DNA of 54,960 nt, from contig CP070760.1 of assembly GCA_020348965.1 (NCBI GenBank), positions 2,624,298 through 2,679,257 of the forward strand, written 5' to 3'. The notes below the pieces were generated by a model that worked only from the letters and a program-made list of their open reading frames with translations, searched no databases and was not told where the DNA came from. The stretch is from Candidatus Heimdallarchaeota archaeon (lineage in GTDB: Archaea; Asgardarchaeota; Heimdallarchaeia; Hodarchaeales; Hodarchaeaceae). The position numbers and the translations under genes are program-made. Below, piece by piece: positions 27,301 to 35,794 of the stretch; the stretch's first letter is position 1, and the number at the start of each line of letters is the position of its first letter.

Positions 27301-27741
27301 AATGAGTGTTCCACTTGAAGCAGTGATATTGTACCCTTCAATCCGAATAGGATCATCAATGGTGCCATTGCCTTGAAATCCCGAATTATTTAATTGAAAA
27401 TCCGAGGCAATGATAATCGGTCCGCGTTCGATATACGATTGAGTACTAGAGATTTTATGGATAGGGTGTTGAGAGTGTTTTTCCCTCGTATTCGTGTGTT
27501 TCTCCTCACTTATAGGTTGAAATTCCCGCAGATTTACCTGATCATTCTTCTCACCCCCAATAAACGATCCTGTTGTACTACCCACCAAAATTTTTATATC
27601 AGAGGAAGGTGTTAATTTTTTATTTTGATCTCTGTAGATATTATCTGCAAAACAAAGAGTAGAGTAATTTATAAACACAAATATCAGAATTAAAATAAAA
27701 AAAACAGTTTTATGGTTCATTCGATGTTTTTTATGCCCCAT
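24313..27741 (-). CDS. Giant type I membrane protein: signal peptide, about 30 parallel beta-helix (PbH1/NosD-like) repeats, Ig-like domain, TM helix, cytoplasmic winged-helix (ArsR/MarR-like) domain
   Basis: N-terminal HKTVFFILILIFVFINYSTLCFA. Repeated N-N-[ST]-[IV]-x-x-N...GI units. TM GGIGVWILAFLLTVCSIAAGYYLV (nt 24826-24897) followed by NTKFR. wHTH-like LTKLSQALDIPASTLSDELKKLIKLNYLD...DGRYRHYIITSKG (nt about 24370-24597). Confidence 0.7.
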   Translation of the reverse strand: MGHKKHRMNHKTVFFILILIFVFINYSTLCFADNIYRDQNKKLTPSSDIKILVGSTTGSFIGGEKNDQVNLREFQPISEEKHTNTREKHSQHPIHKISSTQSYIERGPIIIASDFQLNNSGFQGNGTIDDPIRIEGYNITASSGTLISISDTTYHFHVANCLVNGLGTIGNGIYFDDVSHGTIVNNTIYDNSWNGILVSASENNTIESNTIYNSGGAGINIESGSNNCFIIRNQAYCNNGSGIAIEDADNNKIFNNSIHENDWNGIGLRESSNNFISNNSIHDHPYTGILLFSSSDNILSHNTVYNHGTRGIGVGEADSNNNTLYSNTIYNSGGSGILVSLSQVNLDIFNTIINNTCFNNSRNVSGSGISDYWTSGISLSNSSAIISNNTVIDNFDNGMLIYVSKNTVVSNNIIRNNGRHGISVTLANTTIVTNNEVFDNTNDGIHLFGSINNSVLNNSIYNNMITGISLSPFDDLGINRNSDNNTITRNDIYNNNIHGIELSLSENNSIINNTAYSNFWAGIWLWNSSYNNLIKNSVYNNKYGIWVEKSSNTIIIKNTVHATEIVDHNRHGILVDDSKHNSIENNSLTNKGIGFVGPNIKNYKQKIVANNSINGKPFIYWEDTNGGTVPQGAGQVFLFNCTNVLIADQTISNTYMGVSAVFCSHLTISNNTLHDNRWGINLHHYTNKTTLINNTGYNNRGDIFLYLTYDNMVCNNRVGNNSLYGITLEASENTTISNNIVFKTNLHGIHLWGAENNTIAQNIIFDNLKDGIITDELSKYNFVQFNDFSRNNAEGSQAVDNGSNNVFAHNYWSDWTGTGTYLIDGTTENQDSSPLTNPYHLLAPVITSPTHDSSTLSNNVTIQWTSSIDTFGHSLTYSLFYSTEEGINWTMLASGLTSTNYTFDTTTIVDRTNISFKIHTIDSVGFVTKSVSTETFLIVNSHQLSSPSGGIGVWILAFLLTVCSIAAGYYLVNTKFRAPSFIEYFQSDRIEFLKPIYHKVIVGLESIQTTILPESVVTPLLEEPTMPTSLVTWFPDDYRVELKTKLKGRTILTLIEIAFQYSEDANLTKLSQALDIPASTLSDELKKLIKLNYLDFHVTPQVLHDGRYRHYIITSKGISFLKILKSALELSIRRAKEKEQFI

Positions 27742-28124
27742 CAACACCCTAGCCCCTTATCTTGATTGCATTCTGTCATTCGATCCGTTACTTCATTAAT
27801 AGCAGAATAATACTCAAATCTTGAATAGTTGTTTTGGAGATCATCAATTATTATTACTTTTCCATTTTTAAATGAAATCTACTTATTCACCATCGTTAAA
27901 ATACCAAAGAGAATTTAGTTTACATATTAGATTCAATAGTTTTAATTTCTTCCTCCATAAAATTGCTGAATCTAAATCGGAACTTTAATACTGTTCAGTT
28001 TATCAGCTTTCAATCACAATTAAACATGATTTTGACGCATCTATGAACCCTTTATCGCTTATAACCACAAATAAAAGGAAAATCCCCCAACACCATCTGT
28101 CACATTCAAAGGAAACAAGTAAAA

Positions 28125-29072
28125 ATGAAAATATTGATAGCAGATTCGATTGCAGCTTCTGCAGTAGCAGAACTAGAAAAAGAGTTCGAAGTAATAGAAC
28201 ATCACTACTCCACAACCGAATTGGTAAATGAGATAAGTAAATACGACGCGATTATCGTCCGAAGTGCTACAAAAATTACCCCTGAGGTTATTGAGAAAGC
28301 ATCATTACTGAAAGTAATTGGAAGGGCTGGGATTGGAGTAGACAACATTGATGTGAGTGCTGCTACAGAACGAGGAATATTTGTTGTAAACTCCCCTCGT
28401 GCTTCTACAATTTCTGTCGCGGAAATGACAATAGCTTTTATCCTCGCTCTGAGTCGCAAAATTATCCAAGCTTCCAGTCGAACTAAGAAGGGTGAATGGC
28501 CTAAAAAACAGCTTATGGGAATGGAACTATTTGGTAAAACATTAGGATTTGTCGGTTGTGGGAGGATAGGAGCCGAGGTAGTGAAAAGAGCCAAAGCTTT
28601 CGGATTGAAATGTTTGGTTTATGATCCATATCTTCCTGATGAAGCTTTCCATAAGATCGGAGCCGAAAAAGTAGAAGATCTTAAACTTATATTACAAAAG
28701 TCTGATTTTATCACGATTCATGCCTTATTAACGGATGAAACTCGTGGGATGATCAGTAAGGACGAATTGGATCAAATGAAGCCTTCTGCATTCATCATAA
28801 ATTGTGCACGGGGAGGTATTATTGATGAAGATGCTTTATATGATGCCTTAAAAGAAAACAAGATTGCGGGAGCAGCCCTGGATGTATTTGCAGTTGAACC
28901 TGTGAAAAATAACAAGTTGTTTGAACTTGAAAATGTTTACGTCTCTCCCCACATAAGTGCCTCTACAAAAGAAGCACAAGAAAGGGCAGGACAGATTACA
29001 GCTGAGCAAGTTCGATTGGTTTTAAAAGGCCAGAAACCTGAATTTAGTGTCAATGCTCACCTACTAGAATGA
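28125..29072 (+). CDS. D-isomer-specific 2-hydroxyacid dehydrogenase (paralog of 23108-24076)
   Basis: Same motif set (GRAGIGVDNID, GFVGCGRIG, NCARGG, DVFAVEP, SPHIS). Roughly 60 percent identical by eye to the other copy. Confidence 0.8.
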   Translation: MKILIADSIAASAVAELEKEFEVIEHHYSTTELVNEISKYDAIIVRSATKITPEVIEKASLLKVIGRAGIGVDNIDVSAATERGIFVVNSPRASTISVAEMTIAFILALSRKIIQASSRTKKGEWPKKQLMGMELFGKTLGFVGCGRIGAEVVKRAKAFGLKCLVYDPYLPDEAFHKIGAEKVEDLKLILQKSDFITIHALLTDETRGMISKDELDQMKPSAFIINCARGGIIDEDALYDALKENKIAGAALDVFAVEPVKNNKLFELENVYVSPHISASTKEAQERAGQITAEQVRLVLKGQKPEFSVNAHLLE

Positions 29073-29092
29073 CCTTTATTGAGAGAATTTAA

Positions 29093-29587
29093 ATGGATGA
29101 AAAATCCCCAAAAAACGTGAATCAAGATCAAAAAAAGAAAGATTTAATTAAAGCCATCGAAATTGATCAAAACCTTACAGACGATGAAATTCGAGAAAAA
29201 TTTCCCGCCTTATACAAAGAACTCACTGATAAGAAGATGAATATCAGAATAGATGAGGTTAAAAGTGATTCACAGATATCTTCATTTCAGGAGGGGAACA
29301 CTGACCAAGATCCCTTTAGTAACTATGACCCCAATATTTATGATTTTTTAGCTAGAGCGAGAACTGATGAGGAGGGGCAAGAGATCATTGATTTTTTAGC
29401 CAATCAGGGTCAAATCTCCCCTGAAACTGCAAAAGATCTGACTAAAAAATTAAAAAAATCAGGCATACGATCTTTTGGGCCTATGCGTCCTTCCAACTAT
29501 TATTATCGGAAGTCTGAAGAAATAAAGAGACAGAAACTAATTCAAAAGAGATATCCCTCTCAGTTTATTGATGAAACACAGGATTAG
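29093..29587 (+). CDS. Hypothetical acidic/basic helical protein
   Basis: Coding-like ORF with no motif I can assign confidently. Confidence 0.4.
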   Translation: MDEKSPKNVNQDQKKKDLIKAIEIDQNLTDDEIREKFPALYKELTDKKMNIRIDEVKSDSQISSFQEGNTDQDPFSNYDPNIYDFLARARTDEEGQEIIDFLANQGQISPETAKDLTKKLKKSGIRSFGPMRPSNYYYRKSEEIKRQKLIQKRYPSQFIDETQD

Positions 29588-30783
29588 GCTGCAGCTACGA
29601 TTTTAACAACATCACCAAATTGTAATTCGTGTTTTTCAGATATTCTACGGTTTGTACGAGCATCAATACCATGAATGAAGTTTTTGTAAAGATCTTGATG
29701 AATAATTCCCGCGAATTCTTTAATGGTTGTCCCTTTTTTGACGAGGAAGACATCAGGAAGTATTAGTCCATCATTATCACTAAAACGATTTGTATCTGCT
29801 ACAGGATAAATTGGTTGAAGTTCAAGTACATCGAAGACCGCTTTGTTTAATGTTTCAAAGATTCCTGTTGTCCCATATATATCTAGAATTTCTGATTGGA
29901 TTTTGTCAATGATTGGCTCTTCTTTTGATGATAAGCCACTTTTCGGAATTAAGCGTCCACTGGCAGAGATGTATTCTACTTTATCTTGCAGAGTAAGATT
30001 TCGGAGTACAATATCTGTAAGAGCAGATGTAGGAACGATTTTGCCACCGAATTCTTGCTCTAAACGTTCATAATTACCTTTTGCTGTTGGTCGATCAATT
30101 TTATTTGCTGCAAGGATGATAGGCTTCCCTACTTTTTGAATTTCGTGACAAAGTTGTAGTAAGTCATCATCATTCCAGTCCTTTACTGTGGAGGTGTCTA
30201 ATTTTGCTGAATTTATTGCCCTCATTATGTGTACTTTTGTAATTTTCAATCCAGTCATTTTTTCGGAAATAAAATCAACAATATCTTTTCTTTCGGTGTC
30301 TGCTTTCCGTACAGCACGAACCCAATCTTTTTGCAAGATTCCACGCATCCAGGCAGCTATTTCGTTTTCTAGAAAGCTGACATCTTTCATTGGGTCGTGA
30401 CTCCCAGGATCTACGGACTCTCCTTCCTCATTGAGTGATCCCGAAATATCTACTACATGGATAAGGATATCTGCCTGAGCAAGATCCGATAAAAACTGGT
30501 TTCCCATACCTTTCCCCTCGTATGCCCCAGGTACTAATCCAGCAACATCAATGATTTTTATAGGAATCTTTCTGACGTGATCAACACATTCTGAATTTCG
30601 AGGATGACATGTCACCCCAAGTTCTTGACACACACAAGGAGTGGTTACAAATCCTACTCCTTGGTTTGGATTAATTGTAGTAAACGGGTAATCCGCCGTT
30701 TTAGCCGACGTGCCACAAAGAGCATTGAGAAAAGTAGTCTTTCCTGATGATGGCTTTCCAACGATTCCTATTAATATTGACAC
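29584..30783 (-). CDS. Obg-family GTPase (YchF/Drg-like) with C-terminal TGS domain
   Basis: GKPSSGKTT, YPFTTINPNQG, DVAGLV, NKID. TGS-like C-terminus (LQFGDVVKIV). GTG start with AAGGAG upstream. Confidence 0.8.
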   Translation of the reverse strand: MSILIGIVGKPSSGKTTFLNALCGTSAKTADYPFTTINPNQGVGFVTTPCVCQELGVTCHPRNSECVDHVRKIPIKIIDVAGLVPGAYEGKGMGNQFLSDLAQADILIHVVDISGSLNEEGESVDPGSHDPMKDVSFLENEIAAWMRGILQKDWVRAVRKADTERKDIVDFISEKMTGLKITKVHIMRAINSAKLDTSTVKDWNDDDLLQLCHEIQKVGKPIILAANKIDRPTAKGNYERLEQEFGGKIVPTSALTDIVLRNLTLQDKVEYISASGRLIPKSGLSSKEEPIIDKIQSEILDIYGTTGIFETLNKAVFDVLELQPIYPVADTNRFSDNDGLILPDVFLVKKGTTIKEFAGIIHQDLYKNFIHGIDARTNRRISEKHELQFGDVVKIVAAA

Positions 30784-30937
30784 ATTTTTTCACTCCTTAT
30801 TATAGGGAAGAACTAAGATAACTCCATTTTTCCTCGAAGTTATTCAGCATTGCATTTACAATTGTAGATACATGAAAGTTTTTATCCTCAATTTTGTCAT
30901 CTTAAATTTGAATTAGATCATCTAAAGTGAATTATTT

Positions 30938-32683
30938 ATGGATTTTCCTCCAGAACTAGCGATCTTTAAAGGACGCCTCAATAATCATTGGATTACAAAG
31001 CTGACAGACAGTTTGATGAATTTTCAGGAAAAAGACTCTGTTCCAACTTTGAGTAACTGGTATGTCCATGTTAGAAATCTTCTTAAGAAAGAAGAACAGC
31101 CTCACTCTGAACTTTGGGGGCTCTTTTCGAAACTAGCTTGGATACAAGCAGATGTAGATTTAATTATTAGAAATTTAGATCTTCTTATCAAAAATGCACG
31201 AAGCCAAAAAGATTATTTGCTTTTGTTTTATGTTGGAGCAGGAATTTCAGAGTTTATGAATACTTGGAATGGCCTGAAAATTATGGAAGAGAGCTTTCTC
31301 CATTTGAAGGCTTCTAAAGATTGGGATGCCTTACTTGATATTGCATTACCTTATATTCTTATTTTAAGCAACGTAGATGACAATGAGACATTTAAAAATG
31401 TATACAATGAAGTTAAACGGATTTTTAAAGAGAATTTAAACTCAAAATCGGAATATAACTATTTATTTTTTCCTGTGAGACTTTTTGCCTCCAAAAAAGA
31501 TATTGAAAAAGATCAAGTAAATCAAGCAGAGGTCATCAAGGTTTGCGAGGAATCAGGTCATCATTTTAATACAGGCGTGGCCTACACCTTATTATCTCAC
31601 CAGACAGAGACTAAAAAACCTTTCAAAGATCATTTGGAAGATGCTATTCTGCAATTTCAAGAGATAAATGCTAGAAATCGGTTAATTATTGCCTACGCGA
31701 ATTTAGCAAAACAGTTTGCCTCGAAAGCAAAGCATGAGAAAGCTTCTGATGCTTTTTCAAAAGCATTTTCAATTGTAAATGAAATCTCACGAAGCAGAGA
31801 AAGAATTGTTAGGGAGTCTGTCTCAGTATACCCGTTGTCACTAAAAGCTTGGCTTTTCGTTGAGAATGGACAATTAACGGAGGCCAGGAACGCCTACGAA
31901 GAAGCTGCACGACTTTCTCATTCCTGCAACCACACTCTCTATCAGATAAAAGCAGAATTTGGTCTAGCTTCTGTCTTTTTTCTAGAGTCACAAGATGAGC
32001 TTGCTTTGACACATGCTCAGAAAGCTCTTTCAATATTTAATGAAGGGAAAATAAAGAACAAGGAGCTTCAAAATTCCCTCCAATTAAAATATGCGGAGCT
32101 GCTGACAGATCTTAACAAACTTGATGAGGTACCAGGAATTCTTGAGAAAGTAGACAGAAATAATTTGAATAAGTGTTCAAAAGTATATTATGATTATATC
32201 AATGGAAAATTTGAGTTAAATCGTCATAACATTGGTACAGCAAAAATTTTCTTACTTGATGCCATGAAAAAAGTTGAAAAATGTTCTAGTTTACGACCAA
32301 CTCTTCTAATCACATTAGCTGAAGGATTTTTACATGAATACCGAATTTCAGAAGATACGAAAATCCTGCAAGAAGCACAAGAAATGGTCAGTGATAGTCT
32401 AGAGAGCATTGTTGACATTCCCAATCGTGCGAAGGGAAAATGTCTTTCAGCTATTCTCCTATCAGCTCAAGGACGAGACGAGGAAGCCGAAAAACTTCTT
32501 GAAACTCTTACAGATTCCTCATCAAATACAATACCACGATTTCAGAGTTTAGCTGAGAAAATTTTAGAGAATATACGTGATAATCGAATCGGAAGAGTAA
32601 ATATTACACCCATAACGAATATCAGAGATGTCCTGAGGTATCTTCAAGACGCAAAGACGATGATAGATACACAACCACGGTAA
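30938..32683 (+). CDS. TPR-like helical repeat protein, unknown function
   Basis: Long all-helical sequence with repeated A/L/Y-rich 34-aa-like units. Confidence 0.45.
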   Translation: MDFPPELAIFKGRLNNHWITKLTDSLMNFQEKDSVPTLSNWYVHVRNLLKKEEQPHSELWGLFSKLAWIQADVDLIIRNLDLLIKNARSQKDYLLLFYVGAGISEFMNTWNGLKIMEESFLHLKASKDWDALLDIALPYILILSNVDDNETFKNVYNEVKRIFKENLNSKSEYNYLFFPVRLFASKKDIEKDQVNQAEVIKVCEESGHHFNTGVAYTLLSHQTETKKPFKDHLEDAILQFQEINARNRLIIAYANLAKQFASKAKHEKASDAFSKAFSIVNEISRSRERIVRESVSVYPLSLKAWLFVENGQLTEARNAYEEAARLSHSCNHTLYQIKAEFGLASVFFLESQDELALTHAQKALSIFNEGKIKNKELQNSLQLKYAELLTDLNKLDEVPGILEKVDRNNLNKCSKVYYDYINGKFELNRHNIGTAKIFLLDAMKKVEKCSSLRPTLLITLAEGFLHEYRISEDTKILQEAQEMVSDSLESIVDIPNRAKGKCLSAILLSAQGRDEEAEKLLETLTDSSSNTIPRFQSLAEKILENIRDNRIGRVNITPITNIRDVLRYLQDAKTMIDTQPR

Positions 32684-32722
32684 AAATCAATCTCAAATTC
32701 GCACTCTGCAATGCGTATGATT

Positions 32723-34189
32723 TTAACGCTTAAATTTTTCTATGTAGTAGTCGTTTGGTTCTTTTTCCAGTATTTTTTTCCATGCCTGATAAGCTCCTCC
32801 CAACTCTGCAACTTTAACCATTTTCGGGGCTAAATCACGCCCACCAATGGAAAGAATAGCTTGGATTGCTGCCCAATGGATTGGAAATGATTTATATCGA
32901 ACAGTTCTCACTAAATGCTGTTTCAAGACATTAAATCCTAATTGTATTTCTTTGTAATTCACCCATTTGTTTTCTAGCTTAGTTCCGCGTTTTGGAATGA
33001 GGGGGGTTACAGATATTGTGAATTTTATAGTAGGAAATGATGCAGCTAAGTTATTAACAAACTTAACTATTTCATGTGCTTCTGAGACAATTTCAGATGT
33101 TAAGCCCAAAATAAAGTAAAGCCTTATTTCTTGAATTTTGTATTGATCAGCTCTTTGAATAAACTCATTAAGTTGGGAATTACTAATTTTTTTTCCAATT
33201 CCAAATCGAACGTCTTCAAAAGCAGTCTCTGGGGCAATACTAAGACTTCTCAATCCTGCTTGCTTAATCGAATCGAGAACATCTATTCCTGAATCTATTC
33301 TGATACTTGGAAGGGTAAACTTTAATTCATTTTCAATAAAATAATCTATTAACTCCTGAATTTGACTGTAATCTGCCACACTTGATCCAATGAGAGAAAA
33401 AAAATCAGTTTTTGTATCTTTAGCCCCATTCGTTATTAAATCCTTTAATACAGGGAGAGATCTTTCCCTCTGTGGACGAAAATACTTTCCAATTAGGCAG
33501 AAATGGCACCCATGGGTGCACCCTCTTGAGATTTGAAGAAAATAGCCATTTAAAATCCCTTTTTTCCGAGGTTTAATTGGTCGGACTTGAGCTGTGGGAT
33601 AGTTCACCTCATCAAGATTAGATGTTATCTTTAGCGATATTTGAGACTCTGTGGCTTGAGGAGTATAAAAACCAGGGACAGTTAGAATTGTATCTCTTAA
33701 TATACCATGTTTACTAGAGATAAAAGCCTCAAGGAAAATCTCTGCGACTGACTCAAATTCGCCAGAAAAAAATATGTCAAAAATTTCAAATAACGGTTCA
33801 GGATTGGTAGTAACTGTAGGACCTCCAGCTAACAATAAGGGATGATCTGGAGTCCTGTTTTTTTGATATGCAGGGATACCAGATCGGAGTAACATCCTGA
33901 TTGCATTAATATAATCAAGTTCAAACTGAAAAGTGAAAGCTAGGAGATCAAATTCTACTAATGTCTTTCCTGTTTCAACTGATCTTGGAGGTCCTGGGAG
34001 GTCTGCTGAGAAGAAGATTCGTTCAGCAGCAATATTTTGATGTTGATTCAAAAGATGGTATAACAGTTTAACTGTTAGTCCTGACATACCTATAGAATAA
34101 GAGTTTGGATACACTAATCCAATGCGCCACTGTACATCATGAGTCGGTTTTTGTATAACATTAATCTCTCTTAGACGTCTCCTTCTCAT
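32723..34189 (-). CDS. Radical SAM enzyme with B12-binding-like N-terminal domain
   Basis: CxxxCxxC cluster in SRGCTHGCHFC. N-terminal Rossmann-like segment. Confidence 0.8.
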   Translation of the reverse strand: MRRRRLREINVIQKPTHDVQWRIGLVYPNSYSIGMSGLTVKLLYHLLNQHQNIAAERIFFSADLPGPPRSVETGKTLVEFDLLAFTFQFELDYINAIRMLLRSGIPAYQKNRTPDHPLLLAGGPTVTTNPEPLFEIFDIFFSGEFESVAEIFLEAFISSKHGILRDTILTVPGFYTPQATESQISLKITSNLDEVNYPTAQVRPIKPRKKGILNGYFLQISRGCTHGCHFCLIGKYFRPQRERSLPVLKDLITNGAKDTKTDFFSLIGSSVADYSQIQELIDYFIENELKFTLPSIRIDSGIDVLDSIKQAGLRSLSIAPETAFEDVRFGIGKKISNSQLNEFIQRADQYKIQEIRLYFILGLTSEIVSEAHEIVKFVNNLAASFPTIKFTISVTPLIPKRGTKLENKWVNYKEIQLGFNVLKQHLVRTVRYKSFPIHWAAIQAILSIGGRDLAPKMVKVAELGGAYQAWKKILEKEPNDYYIEKFKR

Positions 34190-34207
34190 ACTCCTTCGTA
34201 CCTTGAA

Positions 34208-35485
34208 TTATCGGAGAGGTTTCTGGATAAGTCCTTTCTTGGGGTCATAATAGTATAGAGTATTAGGAGGAACATCTTGGTTGACTAATGTATGAGCTCC
34301 AATTCGAGAATTTTCACCAATCAAGATTCCTGGCATTAAGGAGACATTTATCCCTGTATTTACATTATCGCCCATAAAAACACCCAGTTTTTTTAGTCCT
34401 GTAGAAAGGAGTTCTCCTTTAATTGTCATCTTGATTTCGTTTTTTTCCAGTTTCAAATTAGCGACCTTGGTTCCTGCTCCAAAATTACAGTTTCTCCCAA
34501 TAATTGAATCTCCTACGTATGATAGATGACCTAGTATAGTACTATCCAAGATTACACTGTTTTTTATCTCTACACCATTGCCAATTCTGACGTCTTTTCC
34601 TAGGTAGGTTCCTGGCCGAATAAAACAATTTGGGCCTACAACAACATTCTCGTCGATTATGACAGGGCCTTGGATAAATGTGCCTGGTCGTAATACTACG
34701 TTGTCTGCAACTTTAATTGAACCTTCTATCGTTACAGCAGGGGGAGGAGAAGGAATAGTTGTGAATTCCGTTTGCTGTATTCCAATCTCGTTTGCCTCTA
34801 ACAAATTCCAAGGATAACCAATATCAATCCAATGTTCTTTAATATAATAAACAGAGAATTGGGTTCCCTCCTGGATTAACATGTTGATGCTGTCAGTAAT
34901 TTCTATTTCTCCACGATTTGATTTGGGTGTTGAACTTAAAGAATCGAATATTGATAAGGGTAATACCATAATACCAGCATTGATAAAGTTACTTGGTGGA
35001 GTAGAGTTTTTTTCGAGGATTTCAACTAGAAAGTCATTTTCTATTTTAAGACAACCATATTTTTCTGGATTATTTACATCCTTAGCTGCGAACACTCCTT
35101 TTGTATGATTATTAAGTTGTCCTAATTTTAAAATATCTTTTATAACCTGTGGTGTCGTGAAAATATCTCCATACATCATGAAGAAATGAGTGTTACGACT
35201 GTCAATCTGTTTTTTACATATTTGTATTGCATGTCCAGTACCAAGCTGTTCTTGCTGAATAACCCATTTTATGTCGAAAGTATACCTTTTGTCATTTATT
35301 GCCTCTTCAATTTGTTTTGATTCGTGACTAATGACAATTAAAACACGATCTATATTTTCTTCTAAAGAATCAAGGATATGAAACAGTAGTGGCCTCCCTG
35401 CAATTGGAATTAATGGTTTAGGAGTAGTTTTTGTTAATGGATGAAGACGGGTTCCTTTACCAGCAGTAAGTATAATTGCTTCCAT
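34208..35485 (-). CDS. Bifunctional sugar-1-phosphate nucleotidylyltransferase/acetyltransferase (archaeal GlmU-like)
   Basis: LTAGKGTRLHPLT nucleotidyltransferase loop and C-terminal left-handed beta-helix hexapeptide repeats. Confidence 0.8.
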   Translation of the reverse strand: MEAIILTAGKGTRLHPLTKTTPKPLIPIAGRPLLFHILDSLEENIDRVLIVISHESKQIEEAINDKRYTFDIKWVIQQEQLGTGHAIQICKKQIDSRNTHFFMMYGDIFTTPQVIKDILKLGQLNNHTKGVFAAKDVNNPEKYGCLKIENDFLVEILEKNSTPPSNFINAGIMVLPLSIFDSLSSTPKSNRGEIEITDSINMLIQEGTQFSVYYIKEHWIDIGYPWNLLEANEIGIQQTEFTTIPSPPPAVTIEGSIKVADNVVLRPGTFIQGPVIIDENVVVGPNCFIRPGTYLGKDVRIGNGVEIKNSVILDSTILGHLSYVGDSIIGRNCNFGAGTKVANLKLEKNEIKMTIKGELLSTGLKKLGVFMGDNVNTGINVSLMPGILIGENSRIGAHTLVNQDVPPNTLYYYDPKKGLIQKPLR

Positions 35486-35794
35486 TTATTGGACCTCTGA
35501 GCAGAATTCGTAAAGGTTTCGAGTTGAATAAATATGAGGGATCAAATGAATATTGTGTTTCTTCTATTCCTTTCTTTAACGTAAAAACAGAAATCAAATT
35601 TAAATCAATCTATTTTCAACGAGAAATGTGTTAATGTCGGTTTTTAATAATTGTACAATTAAAAATCTATACTCCTGAACTCAAAATCATTTCTAGATCA
35701 TGTGAACTTCATGTTTTAAGAATTTAAATCAAAGATTTGATCTTTCATTAGGAATGAAAAGAATTTAACGGCTATTAATAGGAAGTATTCAACT

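Noticed and set aside
25236-27615. Multiple 60-100-aa ORFs on both strands inside the giant beta-helix gene
   Set aside because: They are shadow ORFs produced by the repetitive, stop-poor AAT/ATT-rich repeat coding sequence. The 1142-aa frame explains the region.
28003-28231. Two overlapping 62-70-aa ORFs at the start of the second dehydrogenase gene
   Set aside because: They lie antisense or out of frame to the dehydrogenase start and promoter, and have low-complexity composition.
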